Source of the DNA: Takakia lepidozioides | Taxonomy: Eukaryota; Plantae; Bryophyta | Length of the DNA: 64,000 nt | Reading direction: 5' to 3' | Assembly: GCA_030704615.1 (NCBI GenBank) | Contig: CM060732.1 | Coordinates: 80,600,001 to 80,664,000 of the forward strand | In this document: piece by piece, positions 26,457 to 38,284 of the stretch | Layout of the letters: each line of letters starts with the position of its first letter | How positions within the stretch are numbered: the first letter of the stretch is position 1 | Position numbers and translations under genes: made by a program | Notes under the pieces: model-generated | What the model saw: the letters and a program-made list of their open reading frames with translations, nothing else | The model's database searches: none | Told to the model about the DNA's origin: nothing

Positions 26457-28148
26457 TCACTTCTCTAATGAGAGCAAAAACTGGGGCTCGTGTGCCTCCT
26501 CCACGGCCCACTCCCTTGCTGACAGAAGGTTTATTCGCCCTCCCACGGGTTTGGGCATTTCCGACACTCGTAAGACCTCGCCACCATTCCCACATGGCAG
26601 CGTGACTACTCTCTTGCGGCCATCTATGACCGCTCCGGATTTGCTCAAAAATGTCATCCCCAAAATGAGATCCACTCCATCGATCTCGCAGATGGTGAAG
26701 TTCTCACGTCCCTCCCAACTCCCCAGTGGAAGAGGAACATCAAATGCCAACCTTGTCGCCAATTGCGGTTCTCCTTTGGCAGAACGCACCTCAATAGAGG
26801 CCCCCACGTCACTTGTCGGGAGTCCCAGCTTTTGTGCCGTTGCCGGTGTCATGAAGGAGTGCGACGCTCCTGTGTCCACCAATAACGACACGTTAGTTCC
26901 GGATATTATCCCATCCACGAACAATAACTGACTCCCTTTACGTAAGGCGCCAGTTTCCTGATACAACTCACAAGAAAATTTGCCTACCTTGCAAGTCCTG
27001 GCGACCACCGCTTCCACCAAGCGACTGATGGTATCTTCCGATAGCTCTGTGGTCGCCCGAGTCATGTTCAATTGCCGGGGCTTCGTGCACTTCTTGGCCA
27101 TGTGCCCGGGCTCCCCGCAATTGAAACACACTCCATCAAAGGTTGCCTTCTGTCCGCCATAGGCCGCTCCACCCACTTTTCCTTTCGAAGCACCGGGTGC
27201 CGCCTTGACTTGTGATGGCCCTCCCTTCGATTTCCACGTGCCATTGTCGCCGCGTGGCCTATCCCACTTCTTTTCCGGTCGGAAGGAGTCACCTTCCCGC
27301 CGGGTCTTCTTGTGGTTCAGCTCCGTACGACCTTGTCTTTCACCCCTAGGGACATCCGAGAAACATTCAGCCCTCTCAATTGCCTCGTTCAAAGTCTTAG
27401 GTGGCTTCTCCTCCAACTTCCGCCTGGCCCATGGGGCCAGTCCTGGCACAAAGTTGAAGACCATTTCCGGTTCTGCCATGTCCGCGACTTCGAGCAAAAG
27501 CACATTGAAAGCCTGGACATATCCCCGAGTGTCATCTGTTTGCTTCAAATTCCTCATCTTGTCCCGGGCAAGCCAGGACGCGTTGAGGGGCACAAACTGT
27601 CTCTTCATCAATTCCTTGACCCCACTCCAGTTCCAGGTTTCCGGGCTTGGACCTCGGTTGTGAAGGCGTTTCTGCCACCATTGTTGAGCATAGCCCCTCA
27701 AATAGGTGGGAGCCACTTCCACCCGATCCTCGTCACTCAACTTGGCCGCCCAGAAGTACTGCTTTAGCTCCAGGAGCCAGGTGTTGAGTGCCTTCCGATT
27801 TCGGACACCCTCGAAGGTGCCGGGTTCCTTAGGCTTCACCTTAAACTTTGCCTTAGTGGAAGTGGCATTAGCCGCCTTCAACACGTCTTTCAGCGTCCCG
27901 CCAAACTGCGCCAACAACCCTTCCCAAAAGGCTGCCAGCATGGGAGGCATCTGTTGGTCGGTCGGAGCTCTCAGGGATTCCTCGGGCTCTGACTCCTCGG
28001 ATTCCTCTCGCTCTTGAGCGGCCCCGTTTTCGGAAACCTGCATCGCTTCCTCAAACGGCCGCCTCGGTGACACGTCGCCCCTATCGGGCTCACCAGGATC
28101 ATCATTTTTTGGGCCGTTCCGCTGTCGCTTTGGCTTGCCCGACCCCAT
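26457..28148 (-). CDS. gag: Gypsy Gag (CCHC knuckle) plus aspartic protease
   Basis: ORF 26457..28202 with likely start MGSGKPKR; [14 protein letters not shown] and [10 protein letters not shown]. Confidence 0.9.
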   Translation of the reverse strand: MGSGKPKRQRNGPKNDDPGEPDRGDVSPRRPFEEAMQVSENGAAQEREESEESEPEESLRAPTDQQMPPMLAAFWEGLLAQFGGTLKDVLKAANATSTKAKFKVKPKEPGTFEGVRNRKALNTWLLELKQYFWAAKLSDEDRVEVAPTYLRGYAQQWWQKRLHNRGPSPETWNWSGVKELMKRQFVPLNASWLARDKMRNLKQTDDTRGYVQAFNVLLLEVADMAEPEMVFNFVPGLAPWARRKLEEKPPKTLNEAIERAECFSDVPRGERQGRTELNHKKTRREGDSFRPEKKWDRPRGDNGTWKSKGGPSQVKAAPGASKGKVGGAAYGGQKATFDGVCFNCGEPGHMAKKCTKPRQLNMTRATTELSEDTISRLVEAVVARTCKVGKFSCELYQETGALRKGSQLLFVDGIISGTNVSLLVDTGASHSFMTPATAQKLGLPTSDVGASIEVRSAKGEPQLATRLAFDVPLPLGSWEGRENFTICEIDGVDLILGMTFLSKSGAVIDGRKRVVTLPCGNGGEVLRVSEMPKPVGGRINLLSAREWAVEEAHEPQFLLSLEK

Positions 28149-28203
28149 GATGAGGCCAATCCCAAGGACGATCACGTACTGAACTCTAAGCTCTGATACC
28201 AAG

Positions 28204-28932
28204 TCTCGCGCACCTCACTTCGGTAAGCTCCCCTTCAAGTCATAGTTACTCGCTTTGATGCGCGCGCCTAACTCCCAACCTGGCCGCCGGGCCAACTTGG
28301 AGCTTCGGCTGCTCACCGGGGCATAACGGTCCCCCTTTGATCTCCCAAAGAACCCTCCACCGATTTGGGCCCAGCGGGAATTCCCTTTGGTAGTTGGCAG
28401 TCCGGAACAGCTCCCCACTCTTTGGTCGCTTTCCGGCTCGCTCGCTTACTCACTAGTTTTTGGTCACCAACGGGCTTGCACCGTTCTCGGGGTTACTACT
28501 CCCTATATATACTTCTGTAGCTGTCCGCGGGGGTTTCACAACCAGCCATGCCATTTTATGGCGAACCACCACAAAAACCCTCGACTCCCGGTGATGAGTT
28601 GCGGTGAGTCTTGGCCCACTCACCACGGCCCCTATGGACCGTGATGAGTCCCAAGACTCCCCACGACTCCCACCACGAGGTCTCCGCCCCCATGGTGAGT
28701 CCTATGCCACCCCCACTAAGTCCCGCTAAGCTACCACCACCCCTTTGTGAAGCCACCCCCACCGCATCCCGGTGTGCGGGGCTCCACCTAGTGAGCACCT
28801 CCGCCTCCTTGAGTGCTTTGGGCACTCAAGGGTGCTTCAGCCCCCCGTACCTATTGCTGCCACTGCCCCCACCACAGGGGCAGCCCCTCATGTGTCCCGA
28901 CCCCCCTGCCCTCAAGGCAAAGGGCCGCGACA
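28204..28932 (-). repeat. 5' LTR of the chromovirus (~729 bp)
   Basis: Direct repeat of 22257-22982. The inner terminal CA has become GA; the PBS follows after 2 nt. Confidence 0.95.
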
Positions 28933-31900
28933 GAAAGGAGCTTGAGGAGCAGGGTCGCATGCGCCATCTATGGGCCGAACAAAATGGTGTGGACCCAAAG
29001 GGTATTGTATGGTGAAAGTATAGGCGCGCACCTTGGCAAACAAAGGAGGAATACAAGAAAATGATAGCCACCATAAGTGCTGTCCGAACACCAACTGGTT
29101 ATGGGTCATCCCTCCGTACGAATTTCAGCCAAGAAGACGGGGTCCATGGTTTGAAGTCTCATGACTACCACAATCTATTGCAAGACATCTTACCCGCTAC
29201 AGTACGTGGAACATTGACTCCCGAGGTTCGTGAGACAATCTATAGATTGGGAGGCTTGTTCCGGTGGATTTGCTCCAAAAAGTTGGAAGAAGCAGATTTT
29301 CCACGCATGAAGAAGGAAGCGGCGGAGGTAATGTGTATGTTGGAGATGCACCTTCCTCCCTCCTTCTTTGACATCCAAGTGCACTTGGTAGTGCACTTAG
29401 TGGAAGAGGCTTCGATTGCCGGCCCCGTTCATTCTTAGTGGATGTACTTCCTTGAGCGTTATATGAAGACTTTGAAAGGATTTGTAAGACAAATGGCGCA
29501 CCCGGAGGGTAGCATGGCGGAGGGGTATACGTTGAAGAAGCTATGTTCTATTTCACGGAGTACATGGCAAGGGTGGATGAGGAATCCCCTTGGATTTGGA
29601 AGGAAGAGGAGGATACACGAACCAAGAACATCATTTTGCCCAAAAAAATCAAAGAGGGTAAAATTGCCGACCTTAGTGATTGAGCAAGCGCATGACTTAC
29701 TGAAGAACACCCCATCCATACATGAGTGAGAGACAAGATACACTAATCTTGTTCAGCAACGAGAGGAGGAGACGCTTGCATGGAGGCGGAACCATCCAAG
29801 GCCGGTACTAGACGCCCACGACGAGGAGCGGGCCGCCGGAATGTTCCTTCACAAAATTTGCCCATGGAATTGCAGCCTCTAAGTTTATTCCAACAGTGGC
29901 TTTAGATTTCAGTTTATGACGCCGTTGCTCAAGGAGAGGTGGTTTCAGATTTGGTGCAAGACATTACAAGGGCCCCTCTCAATTCGCGACCTCATACACG
30001 GCGGTTTGGGTTCACGGTCGGCATGTTCAGCCATCTCCACATTGCCATGGATTCTGCAGGCACCAAGCAAGGTCTTCATTTTGCAAACATGTCGAGCTCT
30101 TTCCAGATTTCAATATGCATATCAGGCCTGAGTCTGATAAGAGGGCAAAACATGCTGAAATAGGTTGAAGAATAAAGTGCCCTCACGGCCTGCTAATGGC
30201 AGGATAACAAGATAGTTAATAATCTTGCACGAGTTTGAATTCGAAGTTGCCCCTGCCCAAACTCAGCCCGATCCTCCTCGTCATCAGAATCAGCATGTCC
30301 CTGCATCTCGTGTTTCCCACGGTTCATTCACATTATATGTAGATTCGTGCTCTTGACATGAAGCGCAAAACAACCTTTGATTCTGGCTTGTGTGCCACAT
30401 ATTGGCAAGACTCCGTGTGGGGCAAGGGAGATACACGACTTGCTATGAGCAAACTTGAGTACATTGGAGAGCTTGAGAGCATACTCCAACTTCAGTATAC
30501 AAGGTACCGGCCTCTTCTCTTCAAGGGAAGGTGGTTCCAGCCACATCTTGGCCCTCCGCAACATTAGTGCAAGATGATTGTGGTTTCATGCGTGTCAATG
30601 CAGATAGGCTCAACCCTACTCAACGTCTCTCCGATGAGCCTTTTTCACAGCCTTCAGACATGGAGCAAGTTTTCTTCTCCGATGACAAAACAAGAGGGGG
30701 GAATTGGAAGGTGGTTGTGCATGCTCAGCCAAGAGGAAGACGTATCTATCATGGTCTCGGATCTCCATGGGGTGAGGCAATTGCGGTGGACGGAGAGACT
30801 GGTCATAATGATGCTGATGATGGAGGTTGGGTAGAGGGGGTAGAAGATGATGATGACGCCCCGGACAATGCATCTTGGACCCTATATGATGAAGCCTTAG
30901 AAGATACGGATGTTGGAGAAGGAGACGAAGACACGGCCATTGACAACGAGGTGGAGGATGATTCGGAGGTGCCTTTTGAGAGCCGGACCATTTATGACGA
31001 AGAAGACTTGCAGCTTGATGAGGATGAAGAGGCTCCGGATGATGATGTTCAAGTTGATTAGACACAAAATCAAAGCTACATAACAATTCCCGCACCGAAC
31101 TGGACCCATCCCTTCGATTGATTGTACATATACATGCATATTGTACTTTATTTCTATGATTCATCAAATATGGCTGTGGCTGGTAGTCTTTCAAGAAAGA
31201 AGGCAGAGACAATGAATATGTTGGAGCAACACATACAGATGTGGTATCAAGAGAATTATCAAAATGAATGTCACAATCTACAAGAAGGTCCACAACAACA
31301 AACTAAACCATAAAGAAAAACAAACACCCTATCCCAGTACCATATGAAAAAAAAAAAAAAAAACTAAGAACCCCAAAGGCCCTAAACCTATAAAGCCCTG
31401 CCGTCGCCGCCTGCGACCCCCACGCGTCGCAAACTGCGACGCGTTTTTTTTGGATTTATGAGGCCGGGGGTCGCAAACGGTGACGGCCAGCCGTCGCAAA
31501 ATGTAACATGTTTTTTTGTTTTGAAAGAATAGGGCAGCCGGGTAGTTTGCGACGCCCGGCCGTCGCAGGGGCCATTTGCCCTTCATGCCACCATGCGACG
31601 GCCGGGCCTTGCAAGAAAGGGCTGCAATGAAAGAAAATGGAAGAAATGGTTTTTTTTTTTCCGGCGTGCGACGACTGGCCGTCGCCAGAAAGGGCTGCCT
31701 TCTGCCCTTCGCTGGGGGCGACGTTTGGGCGTCGCACGGAAGGGCTGCCATTTTCCCTTCATCACTCCGTGCGACGGCCAGGCGTCGTCGCCTGGCCCCG
31801 GCGCCAGGTTTCACTCTCGTGGGGTTTGGCTGCGACGGCCCGGCGTCGCAACTACGCTCCGCGGGGTTGGCGTCGCACGCTCGGCGCCGCACGGGGCGTG

Positions 31901-31944
31901 GGGGCGCGGCTAGCATCGCAAACCCCCCCCCATTTGCTGTAGTG

Positions 31945-32654
31945 TTGAGAGGGATCCCTCGGATTGAACTCCCAAGTTTTAGACCAACAGTCTGTGTATC
32001 TTTCCACATCCGTTGGATTACCCCCTTTCTTCGGTCTCCACTAATCTACAAAAACTTTTTTGTAATTGGGATCCCCACTATCTCGTACAACATCCGATAT
32101 TGTCATTCCCATCCAAACAGGAAATTTTTTCGTATTATTTGGGCGAACAAGGACAAAGAAACAATTTTCAATATCCTTGAATGGATTCAATGGTACCTTT
32201 GGTCGGCCACACCTCGGACCACAGTAGGGGTTCGACATTTTTCCTCATCAGGCAACACGTCACGAGATTGCATATAAATGCCGTATCTCCTATGGTACTC
32301 TGCCAATTTTGTTGCTGGCCAAACTCCCTCGAGAAGTTTGTCATTTGATTCTTCCAAATGAAGATTGAGTTCTTCAAGAATATTTGTCCAATATTGATCG
32401 TATTGTTTCATGACATTTCCATAGTGATCATCCATAACCATCCCTTTTATCCAAAAATCCATGTATTTTTTAATACCAGACTTGATGCAAGATTGCTTCC
32501 CTGAGGAATCCTCATCATCTCCCCAAATAGGCTTCTTAGATACTGCTTTTGGCTCTCCAACTGGGAGCATCGAAGAACCATCATCTTTTGCTTTCCATAT
32601 CTTAACATTGTCATTTTTTGGAAGCCAATGTGAATCTGTCGTTGAAGATGTGTA
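31945..32654 (-). mobile_element. C-terminal part of DUF7869-like transposase copy 2
   Basis: TDSHWLPK...LPVGEPK...PIWGD...QYDQYWTNILEEL and PFKDIE..FVLVRP...PVWMGM align with copy 1 (~10610-11300). Truncated by the CACTA right end. Confidence 0.85.
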
Positions 32655-32910
32655 GAACTCTTTGTTGAACTGGGCACCTGATCTTTTTGGATTGGAAGTC
32701 GCAGCCGAGCGACTCCTGTGGCAGTAGCTGCTCATTGTCCACTAACACTTTAATCGATATAGCTTTAACGTGTCCTGAGCCTGATGACAACATCCCATTG
32801 TCCACAACGGTGTGGAGACGATTTGACACATCTTTATTGTCTCCCAGGTGAGCTAGGTGATCCTGATCATGACAAAATCACATTTTCCAGTTCGGTGTGG
32901 AGGCGATTCA

Positions 32911-34202
32911 TTAGCGATTCATCCGACCCATTTTAAATTGTGTCCCAGCCCCCGACAACCTCGAAAATGTCGATGTCTCTTGTGACCAAATTTCATTGTC
33001 AACAAACAATTTCTCTTCCGACAATTTGAGTGATGCAGTGGGGGTTACATTGTTGCCGGATGGACTGGGACCAGAAGGTGAAACCCCTGCTGTTGTCACT
33101 GCCAAGTTCTCCGTTGCTACTACATTTTTCAAAGATGCACTGGAGGTTACACTGCTGCCGGATGGACTGAGCCCAGAAGGTGAAACCCCTGCTATTGTCA
33201 CAGTTGTCGATTTCCCCGTTGCTATTACACTTTTGTATGATGCACTGGGGGTTAACTGTTGCCGGATGGACTGGGCCCAGAAGGTGAAACTCCTGCTGTT
33301 GTCACTGCCAATTTCTCCGTCACTACATTTTTCAAAGATGCACTGGACGTTACACTGTTGCCTGATGGACTGGGCCCAGAAGGTGAAACCCCTGCTATTG
33401 TCACTGCCAATTTCTCCGTTACTAGTACACTTTTGAATGATGCACTGGGGGTTAAACTGTTGCCGGATGGACTGGGCCCAGAAGGTGCTGTTGTCACTGC
33501 CAATTTCTCCATTGCTACTACATTTTTCAATGATGCGCTGGGGGCTACACTGTTGCCGGATGGACTGGGCCCAGAAGGTGTAACCCCTGCTGTTGTCACT
33601 GCCAAGTTCTCCGTTGCTACTACACTGTTCCCAGATGGACTTGGCCCTGAAGACGGCACAGATGTCTTTCGATCCGACGATGAATTGGTAGACTGACTGC
33701 TCTGGGCCAAATGTTTTGAGAATGCAGTGGAGGTAAGATTGTTGCCTGATGAGCTGGGTCCAGAAGATGGCACTCCGGCTCCCTTCAGTGCCAAATTCTC
33801 CACCGGTGTTACCTTGCTCCCAGGTATTTTTGGTCCTTCAGACGGGACCTCCGTTGTCCTTACTGACTCCTTAAGTCTCAAGGATGAAGCTTCTCCATCT
33901 GACGATGACTGCATAGACTCCACATCTTCCCTTAGCTTTTGAGAAATAACATTGCTGACTGGGCTTCTTGGGGGATTGAAATTTCTGCTGAGCTGATTCA
34001 TCGCCACACCAAAGCTAAAGCTACCACCGCTGAAATCTGTCCTCTCATTGCAAAGAGTCTCGCTAGGTAGCCGAAGATCTCTGGCACATAGTGTGGTGGG
34101 AGCTTGGAAAAGAATCAGAGCCAGGACACTCAGGAGGTGAAATATGGTGAGGCCAAAGGGCGTCCTTTTGCAGGTACTGATATGGGTGGATATAACGTCC
34201 AT
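32911..34202 (-). CDS. Secreted multi-repeat peptide precursor (~430 aa if a 1-nt deletion is repaired) with ~8 xPSGPSPSGN-type motifs
   Basis: ATG at 34202 (MDVIS...), hydrophobic segment TIFHLLSVLALILFQAPTTLCA|RDLR, then ~35-aa repeats. The stop at 33252 comes from GTTAACTGTT, whereas the sister repeat at ~33451 reads GTTAAACTGTT; reading continues into ORF 32911..33201. Confidence 0.7.
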
Positions 34203-34917
34203 GTGAACTCGAACCTGTGACAGGTTTGGCGGGGCGTTGAACCGTTCATCTCGGTTCAACAACTGTCTGGCGAGAAGAATGGGGCTGTCATGTGATGAAG
34301 CAGGAGGTGGCAGGCTCTATGTGATCATGGCTACATGTGAATAGGATGTGATATAGAAAAGATTAGGGATTCTCTCTCTCTCTCTCTCCCTGGCGTGAAA
34401 AGTCGTAGATATGAGCTGTGAACAGGGATAGAGAAACAGGGATAGAGAAACAAGGATAGAGAAAAAGGCATCGAGAAAGTGCCGTGAGATTGAAGAACAG
34501 AGCTGGAATGGGGGAGAATCGTGCATGGTGTGGAGGCTAGGAGGACTAGATATGTTCTAGTACCATGTGCCATCGTTGTGAATTCATACTGTACCTGTCC
34601 AGTGAGTTTTAGATTGCTGGGACTCGAGCGGATGTTTGGCGTGAGTTACTATCGTGTAATTGTACATGACTGGAATGAAGAAAGGTATTGTGAGCACTAA
34701 GCGTGTGACAGGAATGTGGCAAGAGCCACTGTAGGCTCTACTTGGCACTGTGTGATAATCTCCCTAAAGTAGAGGAGCTTTTGCATTGTTGATTGGGCCA
34801 AGAATTAGTTGGATACAGACGGTGTGCAAAGAAGAAGAAAAGAAAAATCAAATAGACCTGAACTACGAAGGGCTATTTGAGCCTGTAGGAATTGAAAGAC
34901 TGAGGAATGTGAGATCT

Positions 34918-36820
34918 TGGTATCAGAGCAGATTTCGACCTTTTGGGATTTGTGGTTTATGAGCCAATTGACATTCGGCTTTGGAAGCTCGTTGCTTCAG
35001 TGGAATATAATCTCTAAAGGTAGGTGTAGCATATCTCCAGAGTCGATGGAAGGAGAGACAAGCCATACTCAGGCTGCAGTTGAGAAAACACAAGAAATTG
35101 TTGTACCAGAAGAATTTATCACTATGAAAGCGGGAGATCTAGCTCAGGTCATTCGCGAGGCGGTGGCTAGTGGAGTGAAGGAGGGCATAGCCGCTGTTGG
35201 CAAGAGACCTAAAGCAAATCCAACTACACTGGCGGTGCCACCCAACCAGCAAGCAGTAGACCAACCAGTAAGTGCTCCCCATAATGATCTGCATGCAAGA
35301 ACTAGGACAAAAAGGCTAGAGGTGGTTCTGCATCTGGTGCATCCTCAGTTGACAAGGAAATTAGGAAGATGACGCATCTTCCTGAATTCCATGGTCGCCC
35401 AAATGTGTCTTGCACTGAGGTGCTGTTTTTTCTGGAGACTCTGGAAGAGTTCTTCAGTGAGGACTATACGGATGCAGATAAGATCCGCACAGCCTCATTG
35501 CAAATGAGAGGCAAATCTAAAGAATGGTGGATTAGAATGAAAGAGAAGCCGGGTCTGGAAGGGAGAGTGGACCCGATCACCACATAGGCTAAGTTCAAAC
35601 GGGTCTTCAAAGAACAGTACCTGCCAGAGGACTATGCGCACATGATGAAAATGGGTTTGATGGAACTTAGCCAGGGAAGAATGAGTGTGGCAGACTACAA
35701 GGTGAAGTTTGACGAACACGCTTCATACTTCTATTCCTTGAAGGAGTCTGACAGGGTGGATTTCTTCCTGACTGGGCTAGACAAAGCAATCAGATTTTTG
35801 GTTCAGGCATATGAGCCGAAGACAGAGGCTGATGCATATAGACTAGCTATCAATTTTGAGAGCTAGCACAGAGCACATCTGGGCGCAAGTGCACCTACTG
35901 ATAGGGATTTCAAGCCGAAGTCATTCCCTTTTGGTGAAGGTCAGAAAAGAAAGAACTGGAAAAGGTTCAATAAGAAGACAACAAGGACTGAGCCTCGGGG
36001 TAATCAGAAGTTTGGAGCCTCAGCGACCAAACGCCTATCAGAGAAGGAATAGGAAGAACACCGACGGTTGGGTCATCAATCTCTTGGGGATCGAAAATGT
36101 CAACTTCTTCTATGCACAAACTTCTAGCCCCAGTAAATGGGGATTTTCTGCCATCGGGCGTTCGAGTGTCCCAAACGCGTACAACGCGGAGCTGCAGCTG
36201 TGATTGTGCAAGAGATTGAGGATAAGATAGATGTGGATGCACTTGGGACAAGCAAAGGTAAACAGCTGAGGATCTCAGCGGCTGTGATGGGTGAAGAGAT
36301 AGACCATAATCCCACAGTCATACGATTAAATGGTCAAGTGGGAAGAGAAACCACGACTGTTTTGATTGACCCAGGAAGCAACCATAACTTCTTGTTTCAA
36401 AATTTTGCAAACAAGTGCAAGCTGCAGTTGAAGGAGGTTGGCACCAGTACCATTTTTTTTCCCAATGGAGATGCAGGATCTACCAACAACAGAAGCTTGG
36501 AGATCCCTGTCACAATGCAAGGGATCACCACTGAGGTAGATTTTGAGGTCTGGGATGGCGCAAGGTACGACATCATCTTGGGAATGCAGTGGCTGGCAGC
36601 TGTGGACACTCAAGTGGCATGCCAAAATTGCTTAGTGGAGGGGGTATTGCCTGGTGGTAAGCGATTCAAGCTTACAGGTACGAGAGCCCTACCCAATGTT
36701 CCTTTGTTGTCAGCCCTTCAAATGAAACGATACATACGGAAGACAGCTGATCAGCTGTTCTTCGTAAGCATTCATGATAATGATGACGAAGGCATTGAAG
36801 TGGAGTTGAACAATCTCAAC
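34918..36820 (+). mobile_element. Truncated Ty3/gypsy (PBS, gag, protease); LTR limits not defined
   Basis: TGGTATCAGAGC at 34918; gag-like ASLQMRGKSKEWW and LSQGRMSVADY; GHRAFECP-like knuckle end; protease VLIDPGSNHNF...YDIILGMQWL. Ends abruptly at ~36820. Confidence 0.8.
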
Positions 36821-36823
36821 AGA

Positions 36824-38284
36824 GCAGAAGGCGTGGTGAACAATTCATGGAATTGGAAGGTCAACTTACATGACATACAAGAGGTTGAGCAAAGAAGGAG
36901 TTGGAAACAGTGATTCATGCCACATAAAACGAGATGTATTGGTGAAGGGCGTCGGGATACATTACGTGTGTTACCTCCTGAGATAAATTGGAAAAGAGTT
37001 CGAGAGAAGTCAAACGAGGTGAACATTCTCTCATCTCTTCTATTAATTTTAAAATTATTTTATAATGAAGATCACAATGCGAATTACATTATCTGATATG
37101 ACATAGTGAACTTGTTAAAACTAAACATTTGTCAGATGTATTTACAAAGTAATTCCACGTTAGTTTTAGGCGGAGAGCCATTTTATACAACGTCGGATTG
37201 CATGTCCATGATCTGACAGCTATGCATATGGCAGGCTAATCAGGTTCTGGGCTTAGGGCCTATTTCAATCTCAGCTGTGAGTCGCATTCGTGAAATTTTT
37301 TTTTTTGAACATCGAGGTTAGAAAAAATAGAGGGACTTTCGCAAAGTGCACAGAATGTGAGATGCTAAAGGATCTCATCAAGAAGTCAGTAAAGAGAAGT
37401 GCAGAGCAGATGTGTCATAAAAAAACTCTTGACAAGCATCTGAAGCATCAGGAGTCCTGCCGAAGACTCTATCATAGCTGGAGGAACGAGTCCGTGATGA
37501 TGCCAATAGAATTCTTGTGCATCATTCACGATAAAATTGATCACCGAAAAACCGTTATACCAAGTTTGCAGACAACGAACAAAATGATATCTGGATTGGG
37601 GCAGCTTCTAGTGTTCTTAACGGGTATGGTTACCCACGGTCATGGAGATGACGTATATGCCCAATACTCAATTGATTTTTGGCCAGGAGATCCGAATTTC
37701 ACTATTGGATCTTTGGCAAGATGTTTGAGATCACAATTGGAGAAACCAACGTGTCGAGAATCAATGAATATTTTTTATTATCCTATGCAAACGATTTCTT
37801 TGAAGTTCTCGTGAGAGGGAAGTCTAGGTGCTTGGATGTTTTGAAGTCTTATTCCGAAGATGATAAAAGAGGACCGGTTCCATTGCTTAGAAGATTGTAT
37901 CTACAAATGGACAATTGTGTTAAAGACAACAAGAACAGGTGGATGTTGACATTCCTGTCATTGCTCACTTCGAGAGGGGTGTTTGAAGAAATTCAACTTG
38001 GTTTTCTCATGGTTGGTTATACGCATGAGGACATTGATGCTTACTTCAGTTATCTTTCCAAGAAATTGAAGGAGAACAGTACCTATGTCTTATCTGATCT
38101 CATGAAAAATTTCATGGTATCTCAGGAGCTCCAGTTCATTCCATAGATCATTCAAGAAGTTCAAGACTTCAAGGATTTTATTGATGGTTTTATTTTGGAT
38201 GGGGATGAGGCATTGGTTGGAACGACAGAAATGCATGTATTCCGTTTTGTTGTCGATTCAAATGGATGGCCCGTAATGCAATAC
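36824..38284 (+). mobile_element. N-terminal/central part of DUF7869-like transposase copy 2, intron ~37019-37234
   Basis: GRSTYMTYKRLSKEGV, FAKCTECEMLKDLIKKS, IIHDKID, YLQMDNCVKDNKNRW, GYTHEDID; ends at GWPVMQY (38284). Confidence 0.85.

Larger units (their letters stand above)
22257..28932 (-). mobile_element. Ty3/gypsy chromovirus LTR retrotransposon with both LTRs
   Basis: TGTCGC...GCGACA termini; TSD GAAAG at 22252-22256 and 28933-28937; PBS TGGTATCAGAGC (minus, 28190-28201); PPT next to 22983; order gag-PR-RT-RH-IN-chromodomain. Confidence 0.95.
20902..31061 (+). pseudogene. CACTA TnpD-like transposase (Transposase_21/DUF4218/DUF4216-like), split by the gypsy at 22257-28932
   Basis: HACPCDKTLY, LDPMHIENNV, GLKSHDYH, LPPSFFDIQVHLVVHL, WMYFLERYM, EPFSQPSDMEQVFF. 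Frame rejoins across the TSD (GDYLGVRK|ELEEQGR). Confidence 0.9.
17199..31944 (+). mobile_element. CACTA/EnSpm DNA transposon; right TIR intact, left TIR not found
   Basis: Right end ...CATTTGCTGTAGTG at 31944 (reverse complement CACTACAGCAAATG). TGCGAC/GTCGCA subterminal repeats at ~17630-17875 and ~31395-31920. TnpD-type transposase inside. Left boundary approximate. Confidence 0.85.

Noticed and set aside
31329-32277. 226-aa and 233-aa Arg/Ala-rich ORFs
   Set aside because: They arise from GC-rich CACTA subterminal repeats.
32651-34917. Peptide gene lying inside a long gypsy LTR that starts TG at 32651
   Set aside because: The 32652 junction is explained exactly by the inversion; there is no second LTR or TSD.
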